Source: the human T2T-CHM13v2.0 reference genome, Homo sapiens. From it: a stretch of DNA of 64,000 nucleotides. Made by a program: the position numbers and the translations under genes. Positions 15,380 through 30,600 of this stretch are shown here, piece by piece; the first letter of the stretch is position 1, and each line of letters begins with the position of its first letter. Under the pieces are notes generated by a model. The model was not told where the DNA came from and did no database searches. It worked only from the letters and a program-made list of their open reading frames with translations. The stretch lies in assembly GCF_009914755.1 (NCBI RefSeq), contig NC_060927.1. One strand, 5' to 3'.

Positions 15380-15590
15380 GGTTTTTTTGTGACACATTGT
15401 AATAACCCAAAGTTGTTAGTTTACATTAGGGCTCACTCCTGGTGTTGTATATTCTATGGATTGGGACAAATGCGTAATGACATACATCCACCATTACAGT
15501 ATCATACAGAGTAGTTTCACTGCCCTAAAAATCCTTTGTGTGCCACCTATTAATCCCCCCTACTCCCCACAACCACTCATTTTTTTACTC
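15380..15590 (-). mobile_element. Old L1M 3' fragment
   Basis: agtttacattagggctcactc...cagtatcatacagagtagtttcactgccctaaaaatcc. Confidence 0.6.
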
Positions 15591-15810
15591 TGAGATGAGT
15601 TTTTAACGGTAGGAAAAAAAAAGAAAATTTGAACAAACAGAAATACAGAAGATGAGGGCATTTAGTACTTAAAATATGTGGGATTATGTGGGTGGGAGAA
15701 TTGAAGATCTAAGGAGAAACTGCAACTTTGTAAGTGAATTAGAGACACATCTTTCTCTTCCCCACCCATCCTCCCGTCTTGATAAAGGCTCAGCTCAGTG
15801 GTTTGCAAAC

Positions 15811-16036
15811 ATTTTTTTAAATTTAATTTTATTTTATTTTAAGTTCTGGGATACACGTGCAGGATGTGCAAGTTTGTTACACAGGTAAACGTGTGCCACA
15901 GTGGTTTGCTGCATCTATCAACCCATCACCTAGGTATTAAGCCCAGCCTACGTTAGTTATTTATCCTGATGCTCTCCCTCCCCCGACTCTGACAGGCCCC
16001 AGTGTGTGTTGTTCCCCTCCTTGTGTACATGTGTTC
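15811..16036 (-). mobile_element. L1PA 3'-end fragment
   Basis: T-rich tail then gggatacacgtgcaggatgtgcaagtttgttacacaggtaaac...ggtttgctgca (antisense L1 3' UTR). Confidence 0.85.
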
Positions 16037-16580
16037 AAAAACCCTACCTTGAAGTCAAAGCTTACATATATATACATCACATATTAGGTAAGAACATAAT
16101 TGACATAAATTTGTGTTGGAATAAAAGCATAGCTATTTTAATCAGATTTATAGTCCTATATGTACTTCAGCATTCACTTCAGCTGTTTGGAAAAAAAGAA
16201 CAAAATAAGAAGCTGGATCTCTCTCAACCCTTATGTCAAAATACATTTCTGGTGCAGTGATGTGCTAGAGTTGGCATATATCAGCTGGCAAGAGCCAACT
16301 GTGCACATCTTTTCCTAACTCTGTGTTCAGCGAAGTCACATGGGCAGCTTGAAATTGGACATGATGGGAGTATTTACACTTTGGAAATTGGCAAATACTA
16401 CAATTCAGAGCTTTTTGTTGTTGTTTTGAGAGCCAATTTTGTAGTCATTGCTACTGGTAGGAAAAAACTAGTATCTTATTAACTCAGAAGATAATATGGG
16501 AGTTTTCCTTTGAACAATTCCCAGTGTGGTAGGGAAAGCTTTATAAAATCTAAAATCTTTTTCTAAAAGATACATTTTAC

Positions 16581-17953
16581 ACAAACACATAGACCAATGG
16601 AACAGAATAGAGAACTCAGAAATAAGACTGCACACCTACAACCATCTGATCGTCGACAAACCTGACAAAGACAAGCAATGGGAAAAGGGTCTCTATTTAA
16701 TAAATGGTGCTGGGAGAACTGGCTAGCCATATGCAGAAAATTGAAACTGGATCCCTTCCTTGTACCTTCTACAAAACTAAAACTCAAGACGGATTAAAGA
16801 CTCAAATGTAAAACCCAAAACAATAAAAACCTTAGAAGAAAATCTAGGCAATACCATTCAGGACATAAGCACAGGCAAAGATTTCATGATGAAAACACCA
16901 AAAGCAATTGCAACAAAAGCAAAAATTGACAAATGGGATCTAATTGAACTAAAGAGCTTCTGCACAGCAAAAGAAATTATCATTAGAGTGAACAGACAAC
17001 CTACAGAATGGGAGAAAATTTTTGCAATCTATCTGATGGGCAAAGGTCTAATATCCAGAGTCAACAAGGAACTTAAACAAATTTATAAGAAAAAAACAAC
17101 TCCTTTTAAAGGTGGGCAAAGGACACGAATAGACACTTCTCAAAAGAAGACATTCATGCAGCCAACAAACATATGAATAAAAGCTCAATATCACCTATAT
17201 TAGAGAAATGCAAATCAAAACCATAATGAGACACAATTTCATGCAAGTCAGAATAGCAATTACTACAACATCAAGAAACAACAGATGCTGGTGAGGTTGC
17301 TGAGAAAAGGGAACACTTTTACACTGTCAGTGGGAATGTAAATTATTTCAACCATGTGGAAGACAGTGTGGCAATTCCTCAAACATCTAGAAGCAGAAAT
17401 ACCATTTGACCCAGCAATCCCACTACTGGGTATATACCCAAAGGAAAATAAATCATTCTATTTTAAAGATACATGCATGCATGTGTTTATTGCAGCAGTA
17501 TTCCCAATAGCAAAGACATGGAATTAACCCAAATGCCCATCAATGATAGACTGGATAAAGAAAATGTGATACATATACACCATGGAATACTACGCAGCCA
17601 TAAAAAGGAACAAGATCATATCATTTGCAGGGACATGGATGGAGCTGGAAGCTGTTATCCTCAGCAAACTAATGCAGGAACAGAAAACCAGGCACTGCAT
17701 GTTCTCACTTATAAGTGGGAGCCAAATGATGAGGACACATGGACACACGGTGGGCAACAACACATGTTGGGGTGTGTCATGGGAGCAGGGGGAGGGAGAG
17801 CATCAGGAATAATAACTAATAGATGTTGGGCTTAACACTTAGGTGATAGGTTGATCTGTGCAGCAAACCACCATGGCACGCATTTACCTATGTAACAAAC
17901 CTGTATATCCTGCACATGTACCCCAGAACTTAAAATAAAAATTGATGAAAAAA
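16581..17953 (+). mobile_element. 5'-truncated L1PA (ORF2 C-terminus + 3' UTR)
   Basis: ORF fragments [25 protein letters not shown] and MEYYAAIK; perfect 17-bp TSD taaaagatacattttac at 16564-16580 and 17954-17970. Confidence 0.95.
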
Positions 17954-18479
17954 TAAAAGATACATTTTACTACAAAAAGTAAACATTTTCTGCCCTAAAA
18001 AGATGTATAAACTATGTTACAATAAAAATTTCAAAATGGGGAAAAACATGCATACTTATAAAAAAGGGCTAATTTTCTTATTATACAAAAAGCTCTAATA
18101 GCAAAAAGATCAATTCAATATAAAGCGAGTTAAGATATAAATTGGCAGTTAACAGAAATATAAATATAAATTGTCAATGAATATTTTATAAATGCTCAAC
18201 CTCCTGCATAACTAAGTCCAAGTTGGAAAAAAAAAAACTTTTTTAAAAGTTATAAAATGGCAAAATTATAGTGTGAGCTTCAATGTTGAGGGTAGGTATG
18301 GAGAAGCCCACTCATTCACTGTGGGACACTGTTAAATTAAATTGCATATTATTAAGTGAAATTTAAAATTCACACTCTTTTCAACTATTTTCAATTCTAT
18401 TCCTAAGAATTTGTTTTACAGACTTTTTATATTCTCACAAAAATAAGTAGACGTGGATGATCATTGTGACATTGTTTGT

Positions 18480-18979
18480 CTATTAGTTATCTACTCCTGT
18501 GCTTAAAAATTACCCCAAAACTTTAAAGTTTAAAGTCATAATAGACATCATTATCTCATAGAGTTTCTGTGTCTCAGTTATTGGAGAGCAATTTAGTTGA
18601 GTGGCTGTTTCATGGGGTTGTAGTCAATGTGTTGACAGAGACTGCAGTCATCTCAAAGTCTGACTGGGGCTGGAAGATCCAATTCCAATTTGACCTGTGG
18701 GCTGACAAGTTGCAAGAGGGCCAAGCTCCTCACCCCTTGCCTCCCAATATAACTGTTGGAGGATCTTCATGATAAGTTAACTGGCATCTCCCAGAATGAG
18801 TAATTCAAGAAAGTACAAGGCAGAAGCCACTATGCTTTTTATAACCTAGTCGTGGAAGTCATATGTTGCCATTCGCACAATGTCTTCTTGTTACACAGGA
18901 CAGACTAATTCAATGAGGGAAGGGAATACACAAGGAGATAATGCTCATTGGGGGCCATCTTTTGAGACTGCCTGCCACA
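18480..18979 (-). mobile_element. MLT1-type MaLR LTR inside an old L1M fragment
   Basis: tattagttatcta...aattaccccaaaactt...ggggccatctttgagactgcctgccaca; flanks resemble degraded L1. Confidence 0.6.
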
Positions 18980-20708
18980 GTTTGGAAGGATGAAAAAAAC
19001 AAAGAAAGGAAAAGTATCTTAATATCCATTGATAAAGTACTGGGTAAATAAATTTTTAAACTTAATTAAATGTTATAGAGCATTTAATATATTAATTAAA
19101 TGTTATAGAGCTTTTAATATATATTTAATATGTAATATAAAATTATAAGGTGTTTATTAAAAAGAAGGAAGCAGCCTAAATGTGTTGCTATGGAAAAATG
19201 CCCAAAATACACTAAAGTATATAAAGCACATATTTATATATTTATTATAAGACTCCCTCAATATTTTTATAAAAATAGACATTTATGCATAGTTACATGC
19301 ATAAGAGTGAGAAATTTCCTCAAAGATGTATAAGGATCTATCAGTGGGTGGTGAAACCTGGGGGTGAGATAGTGGTAGGGATATGTAACTTTTTATTTTA
19401 TGCCGTATACTTATACTAGTAATGTTTGAAAAAAAAGTTACAATGAAAATGTATTACATTTATAATATTTAAAACTAGCAAAATTATGCTCCACAGAGCT
19501 CTACAGGACACATAGCCAAAGGGGAATATCATTTGAGCCAAGCTCAGGCAGACTTCTCCCTGACTATCTCCTGCTCAGAGGAGCTGAGTATGTAGGCAGG
19601 AGAAACATACGTTGGTTTTCTGAATAGAGAACTGAGAGCTACCCAATCTCTAGTCTTCAGCCTTTGCAAAGCTGGATTAACAAGATGGTAATTATCCCAA
19701 AAGTAGAATTCTATTGTGGCATATTTCTCCCTATTCTGAAGCCATAGGGTCCATCAGAGAATCAGGAAGCTGAGAATCTGCAGGGATGGCAGGGTATGCA
19801 GTCGGCAGCAGTTACACAGGATCACACCACAGTGGAAAACCTCTCAGCACCTTGGTGTTAGCAAAACTCAGCTCCAGTGGATTTCCAAAGCATCCACTAC
19901 TATTATAGCAAGGCCAGGGCATCTGAACACCTGTCTTAGAAGATTTTCAGGAACTGTAGCGGCTGGGAGTTGAGTGAGCACTCTTGGTGGATTACCTTGA
20001 AGTGATGGAGACCCAGGTCAGCCTGTGCTCAGTTGATTACAAGGCCAAGTTGGGGGTTTGAACCCTCAAAAGAAATCCTCCACTGAGTTGAGGAAAAGGA
20101 TAGCTGAGAATTGTCTGCAGCGAGAAACCACAAGACCTCTGAGTCACAGAGCTTTAAAGGAAGCCTTCTAATAGCTTGTATCAAAATGCAAATAATATAA
20201 GAATTATACAGATGCAGTTAACATTTATTGAAGACTTATTTTTCATCTACTAATTATACTCATTTTGTAGATGAAAAAGATGAGAATTGGAGAAGTTAGG
20301 CAATCTTCCCAAGGATATTACACATCCTTTAAATTTTTCAGTTTTAACAAATGATTCAAAAATGTCTTTTTAAAAAAATGAAATTTTGATCAAACATTTT
20401 AAGAACTTCTGAAACATTTCTGCACAAGACAATTTAAAAACCACTGCTTTGCTATTTAACCACTGGAACCAGTAGGTGGAATTTACGGAAAGGTAGATTT
20501 CTGTTCAATATAAAATATAAGTTTATTCATAACTAAATTATCCAATTATAAAATGAAATTTTCTGAGGGGTAGTTAAGTTCTCCATCACTGGAAATGTTC
20601 AAGCAGAATCACTATTATTACCTGTTAGGTATATTAGAAGTGTGAGCAGCATACAATTGGATTTCCTTCCAAAACTAAGATCTGATGTTCTCTGAAAAGA
20701 GGCTTCAC

Positions 20709-21065
<357 letters not shown>

Positions 21066-21783
21066 ATTCACTTTGTTATCTCTCAGGTTAAATTGAGTCA
21101 AAACTTCTGATTACAGAAGGCTGAACTAAGTATATTTCCTGAAATTTTGGAGTTTTAATAGTAATAGTAAACATGTATAAAGCACTTGCTATGTGCTTGG
21201 CACTGTTTTAATTGCTTTACATTTGTTAACATAGGTCATCTTTTCTACTGTCCTATTGAGGTATGTATTATTTATACAGAATTACATTGAATTCTAACCT
21301 CAAAATCTAGCTACCAAGTCCATGTTCTTCAGCAGTTTGTGATATTTATGCTACATATAGTGATACAGTTGCAAGTATATGACCCTACAAGTGGATAAGA
21401 GTTTAGCTAAAACACTGCAAATAAATGAATAAACAGATGCAGGAAGTGGTTTGTTGCATAATAGGGAGTTTCTATCCATGTTTCTATAGTTGTGTCACCA
21501 AACCACAGGTTGGTACTTTGAAAAAAATCAGTGCTATAAAAGCTTTCGTATCATTAACATTCCTTAATTCTGAACTCAGTAAAAGCTTAATCAAAGATGG
21601 TATTAGGAGAATACAAGTTCTCTAGCATTTTTTATTTGTTTGTTTCCATAACTATAGGATTTGTTTTCAAAGAGTAACAACCATAAGACATTTACAGTTC
21701 CTTTCTTGAATGCAAATAATGGTTAGGGGCTGGAGGCACCTAAACTGTGAGACAAGGTATTGATTCCTATTGAGCTTTCATAA

Positions 21784-22129
<346 letters not shown>

Positions 22130-24207
22130 CAGACTACCTTTTGCTCAGCACTTGGCTCTGTGGGGGTGAGCAAAAACTTCAACCCTCCACACCTCAATTT
22201 TCTCAGGCATGCAATGAGAATAACTTCCTCGGGGTTATTTCAGATATTGACTAAGTTAACTTAAGTAATGTTAGAACACTGTCTGGCACCCTCAGTGTTG
22301 GGTATTAGCACTAGCTGGTGTGAAGAGAGATGGAGCATATAAATGTAAATTTAAGTTTACAAAGAGATAAATAATTTGACTGTTATGTGAGAGTCAGGTG
22401 AGAGTTACAGATACCAAATATACCTGGGTTTAAAGAGAGGTGTGACTGTTATGGGTGGCAGTGTTGTGGCCCACAGGGGCAGACTCTCAGGGTGAGGATA
22501 CTTGAGCAGGGCCAGGAAATGAATTATTTTGTTCACCTTTGATGTGGCCCACATTCAAATGCTTCACAAGTACAACGTTCTCAGCTAAGCTAAGGTGGTC
22601 TTCGATACGCACTTGACCACAACGGAAAAAAAAAAAAAAAACAAAGAATGAAAAAGTTAAACAACAGGTGGGAAGTCAATGCTGAATAAAAAATTAAGAT
22701 ACGCAAAAGTTAACATGTTATTTCCTTCCTAAATAAAACACATGTGCATACAAAAATACATGTATAATATTCTGATATATTTATAAATACCTATCCTTGA
22801 ATTGTTTTTCACTTTTCCAGCCAAATTCCCTCATCAAATTACTGAATTTTCCTAGCTTAAAAATTATTATTTTTGATTTTGACTAGAGAAAGTGAAAGGC
22901 AATTTACTGCCACATCTATCTATATTACATAAACATACATGCTCATATATACTTTCCACTGGGAAGGGAAGAATCATGATATGAAAATGACTAAACTCTT
23001 TCTCTCTGACTGATCTAGTCTCCTCTTCTTCCTACCTTTAAAGTGCTGAACAGTCATTTGCCCAGCTTTCTATGTATCAAATATCTGATTGTTTGTTTTA
23101 ATGTCTTCAGTGCGGCTTTAACTGATTTCCTGAATACCTAATGTCCACATAACACTTAACAGCTTGTAAAACTCTTTCCCATATGTTATTTTATTGACTT
23201 CCCACAGTAATTTTTGGAGGTACACATTACTCATTCTCTTTTACAGAGGAGTTAAGAGTAGAGTCTGTGTGACGTCCCCTAAATCACACAGCTATGACCG
23301 GTCTGAAATATGGGCTCAGGTTGTATGGGAATACTACCAAAGATTTCAGAAATGATCATTATGCATTCACGGGTCCTCTGGTGCCTGGTTATAAAGTAAA
23401 AGGGTGAACAATTCAGATTTATATTTGAATCTCTGTCTATAAAGTTTTTTTGTGTTACAGCCACTTGTCTTACTTTTATTTCATTTTTGTTTTTTTTTTT
23501 TTTCTTCTATCTGAAAGAAAGCTAGAGAGTTATTTTCCCTCACAAGCTTCAAAAACCTGCCAGGCAGAGACTGATTCCCACAACCCCTCTCTGTGGTCTG
23601 GGCTTCAGGGAACAAGAAGTAGAGTGGCGGACCACATTCTTCCTCTAGTAGCAGAGACACACTGGACCACTGGGTCCTGGGAAACTTTTCCCAGGGACTG
23701 TCTTTATTGCTCCACTCTCACGACAATAACACACACTCAAACAAGCACTCACGTAACCCTGTATACAGCTGCATCAGCACCCAGAAAACGTGGCCTAATG
23801 TAGCAAAGGTAATTCCTACCGTAAAGTCCTTTAGCAGAAATGGTTCACGATGGGCCTGTAACAATGTAAGGAATTTTTACAAAGAGCCAGGGGTAGGGCA
23901 CAGGGAGAGGGTGGGGAAGGGCCATTAGGGGAGATGTAAGCGGGACACTCAAGATGGACCAGGAACTTATTTGAAAGCGGTAGTTAACAACCAGAAGGGA
24001 GAAGAATTTCACCCAACCCAGGAAATAGGAACCCGTGGCCTAACGACCCCTTGGGAATCCTGTGTCTTTAGCGGAAGGCGTGAGAAAAAAGGAGTAAAGT
24101 GAAGTATAACTGAAGCTTCAGGAATTAGAGAAAATGGAAAGGGTGCATGTAGGAAGGAAAAGAAAGACAAGGTGGAGGTTAAAGGCAAGTTGCAGGTTTT
24201 AGTGGCA

Positions 24208-24562
24208 TGGTGATTAATTTTATGTCAACATGGTGGGGCCATAGTGCCCAGATATGTGGTCAAACGTTATTCTGGATGTTTCTGTAAGAGTGTTTTGGGT
24301 GAGACTAACATTTAAATAAGTGGACTTTGAGGAAAGCAGTTTGCCCTTTATAAAGTGGGTGGGCCTCATCCAGTCAGTGGATGTTCTAAATAGAACAAAA
24401 GACTGACCTTCCTGAGCAAGAGAGAATTCTGGCAGCAGGCATGAACTGCAGATTTGGGACTTGCCAGTCTCTATATTCACCAATTCCTTAAATAAAGCTA
24501 TATACAGACATACACACATGCATCCTATTGGTTCTGTTTCTCTGGAAAACCCTAACTATCAC
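24208..24562 (+). mobile_element. MLT2 (ERVL) LTR
   Basis: gtgcccagatatgtggtcaaacgttattctggatgtttctg...tcctattggttctgtttctctggaaaaccctaact. Confidence 0.8.
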
Positions 24563-25472
24563 AAGCAGGCTGTGGTCATCAAGCTACATAGGGAGGGATA
24601 TGAAGCTGGTGAACAAAAAACAGGGATATAGCAGGAAGCCAAACTGCGGCTCTATTAGGCAGGCATTTGAACACTGACCTTGCTCTTGGCCTCATCTTAA
24701 TTTCCCACCATTAGTTTCCCTTTGTCAACTTTTCTTATTTTCAATTGAATTCATCTCACTATATTTTATGCATTATTATATATGTCACCTTAAGTCCTTT
24801 CTGGGACAAATTAGAAGTATAAATAAATAGATTATTATCATCTGGAGCAATTATGTAAGACTAGATTTAGATTCTCTACAAATAAAGAAGAGACATGAAT
24901 TACACAAATCTAAGAAAAAATGATGAAGAGATATAGATGATAAATGACATAAAATTTAAAAGATGTGCAGTAGAAATCCAAGGGTGTATGCAAGGGAAAG
25001 TAGTTTAGTCATAGGATAGAAAGTATTGAGATTAATCAAGAGGCTAAAACATCAAACCACAGAGATATAAGCAAGCAGCAAAAACTCTTCATTTAAAAAA
25101 AAAAGGTTTACAAATCAGAGAAAATGGATTTTGTGTTAGTATGCCCACCTAAATTTTTTGAACATTATATAATTAAAATATTTTCTGATGGGAGAAAATT
25201 AAAAGGTTCAAGAATGAAGATGTACGAGGTCATGAAAACATAATGCTGTGTTCTCTTTGTACGTATATACAAAGACTATAGAGTAAGACTTCTTACTCTA
25301 AAAAAATTCTGAACTAATAAAAATTCAGGTGTACTTTTGCCCTATGTCAATAAGATGAGTTGATGGGATTTCTGACTTTACCTAAGATTATAGCAAAGCA
25401 CTAATAAGTTGAAGAACAATCAGCAGTTAACTTAGACTTTCACACCACAAAAGCAGAGTAAGAATGAGAGGA

Positions 25473-25592
25473 CTCCACCCCAGCTACCCACACAAGAACC
25501 GGGCCAGGGTAAAATCAAACTCTGTTGTGGCCTGAGACACAGGGTTTGATTTTTACCCTGGCCAAGTTCTTGTGTGGGTATCTGGGGTGGAG
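25473..25592. repeat. Long imperfect inverted repeat (~53-bp arms, ~13-nt loop)
   Basis: Left arm ctccaccccagctacccacacaagaaccgggccagggtaaaatcaaactctgt pairs with right arm acagggtttgatttttaccctggccaagttcttgtgtgggtatctggggtggag, with ~4 mismatches and 1 indel. Confidence 0.92.
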
Positions 25593-26839
25593 CTACCCAC
25601 ACAACAGGAACAACATTGAGAGGAAGCCCAAAGATTTTTCAGGGAGAAGCATTCTTCAACTTGTTACCCATTTTTCCTAAACAGAAAGTGTCTTCAGTCT
25701 GATGCTTTTGCTTATCCCTGTGGTATTTACACCAATCAGACCATGAAGAGATGATGCTGTGGTGGCAGCACAAAAAAACTGTGTTGGAGTTTTGAAGCAT
25801 TGATAGCATTTCCTTCAAGTTGTCACTAAAATATAATTTGAAGAAAATAAGGTAGACCTGTAAAAACCAGAATATGCTTTTCTTTTAGTGTCTTTCTATA
25901 CAAACAGAAATATACCCAAGTTCCTCTGGAACTCACGAGATATCTTCATGATTGAGCCAGAGGGCTGCTGTGTTTAGAAAACATAACCCTAGACACAGTG
26001 ATCATTGATTTAAATGTAACTTCTAAACTCTCAAGCAAAAACTTGAAAAAGGTCACACATCTGGACCATTGTCCAGCACCCACTTTATAAAATACCTTCC
26101 CCTGTACCTTGAGGTGTACAAAATCTGTGACTTAGTTTGCATTTTATAAACAATAGTTTTACTTATTATTAACATAGACAGAAAAGACATTTGGGCACCA
26201 TGTATAAAGTTCTATGAATCTTTAAGAACGATTGGAACCTGTTAAAGAATACTTTTCTCAGAACATATCTTACTTCTTAAAGTTAAAACTAGTTAGATGA
26301 TAACGTGTATTTAATTCAGCTCAACAGTGAGGTCAAAAACAGGAAGAGGTCTTTAAGAACAGCGGTAATGTAATGGCAACACATGATAAAAATTAATGTA
26401 ACAGAATGGAAAGTTTTTTCTAATAAGAAGCATCTATATGATAAAAATATGCACAATTAAAATGTTTTGAGGGCTTAAAAATCCATGGCCTTTACTCTTT
26501 AATATTTTTATTAATCTAATAAATAAAATCAGTTAAACAATCAAATAGTAGTAAAAGGTTATGACAAAACCCAGCAATTCCCTTTCCATTTCTATTCACC
26601 TCAGCCCTGCTGCCCAAAAGCAACAACTTTTAAATCTTTTTGATCTTTCTATTTACCTCTGTATTTCTAAGTTTAATCTCTTATCTGTTCTATTATATAT
26701 TCATTAGAAGCCTGCCTATCTGTGGTCTCTTTACTTATTTTTTCTCTTTCTCTTATATTTTCCTCAAATATCTGATGACCCTGGCTATCTATTATTCTTT
26801 CTAATGTTTTCTCATTGATTCAAGTAATTTTGTTTGCTC

Positions 26840-27718
26840 TTATTTTTATTATAAGTTCTAGGGTACATGTGCACAACGTGCAGGTTTATTACATAGGTAT
26901 ACATGCGCCATGTTGGTTTTGCTGCACCCATCAACTTATAATTTACATTAGGTATTTCTCCTAATGCTATCCCTCCCCCAGCCCACTACCTCCCAACAGG
27001 CCCCGGTGCGTGACGTTCCCCTCCCTGTGTCCAGGTGTTCTCATTGTTCAACTCCCACCTATGAGTGAGAACATGCAGTGTTTGGTTTTCTGTCCTTGTG
27101 ATGTTTTGCTGAGAATGATGGTTTCCAGCTTCATCCATGTCCCTGTAAAGGACATGAACTCATTCTTTTTTATGGCTGCATAGTATTCCATGGTGTGTAT
27201 GTGCCACATTTTCTTTATCCATTCTATCATTGAGGGACATTTGGGTTGGTTCCAAGTCTTTGCTATTGTGAATAGTGCCACAATAAACATACATGTGCAT
27301 GTGTCTTTATAGTAGCATGATTTATAATCCTTTGGGTATATACCCAGTAATGAGATTGCTGGGTCAAATGGTATTTCTAGTTCTAGATCCTTGAGGAATC
27401 GCCACACTGTCTTCCACAATGGTTGAACTAATTTACACTCCCACCAACAGTGTAAAAGCATTCCTATTTCTCCACATCCTCTCCAGCATCTATTGTTTCC
27501 TGACTTTTTAATGATTGCCATTCTAACTGGCGTGAGATGGTATCTCATTATGGTTTTGATTTGCAATTCTCTGATGACCAGTGATGATGAGCATGTTTTC
27601 ATATGTCTGTTGGCTGCATAAGTGTCTTCTTTTGAGAAGTGTCTGTTCATATCCTTTGCCCACTTTTTGATGGGGTTGTTTTCTTCTTGTAAATTTTTTT
27701 AAGTTCTTTGTAAATTCT
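26840..27718 (-). mobile_element. 5'-truncated L1PA (ORF2 C-terminus + 3' UTR)
   Basis: ORF 27048..27650 is L1 ORF2 C-terminal sequence ([23 protein letters not shown]). Confidence 0.95.
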
Positions 27719-28399
27719 ACTTTGTAAAGTAGGGGCAAAGAAAAGAGTTAATATTTTGTAGTGAAAATGTCAAAGCCTACAGCAGTATTTTTTTTTTCTC
27801 TAGAACTATTCATTATTTATTTGGAAAAAAAAAAAAAGCCCTTGAATCTCCTGCCCAGCTGGAGAACAAGTTCCCATAAAGAAACGGGGCAGCCGATGGG
27901 CTAGAGCCCTCAGTCAGTAGCTCACTTGCTCACTTTCAAGAAACCCCTTATTTTCAGCCCTGGTCGATTATCTGCCTTTGAAAGGTTTAAATAACAGGGG
28001 GAGATGCTTAAGGCATAAAAAAGAAAACAGTGAGTATTCAAAATTATATATGCAATATGATTTAACTACATTAAAATATGCATAAAATACCTAGAAAGAA
28101 ATATACCAAAATTTTGAGTATTTATGGTGACTTCTGAGTGGTGGAATCAAATGTAATTATATCCTTAATACCATTGTTTATTTTCCAAGATTTCCACAAA
28201 GCATACACACTAATTTAAATACGTGGGAAAAATACTTGATTTTTAAAGAAACATGTATCAGGATGCCAACAAGAAAACCCACAGAAGTGAATGTTAGTAT
28301 CAGAGTAAGAGTTTTTCTGATCATAGCTTAAAAGATTTTAATTAAATACTTGATATACACATTAATATTTATAAAATATGAGGATACTAAGAAATATCC

Positions 28400-30600
<2,201 letters not shown>

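Noticed and set aside
13712-17996. Near-identical 20-mer aaagtaaacattt(t)ctgccct at 13712 and 17976
   Set aside because: Short, AT-rich and needs an indel; plausible by chance in 64 kb.
19063-19125. Short tandem duplications (30-mer here; others near 702, 6708, 11538, 12196, 53086, 55568)
   Set aside because: Ordinary slippage duplications, mostly in decayed repeats. They have no repeat-spacer architecture and are not CRISPR-like.
27048-27650. 200-aa ORF
   Set aside because: C-terminal fragment of L1 ORF2 in a 5'-truncated copy, not a gene.
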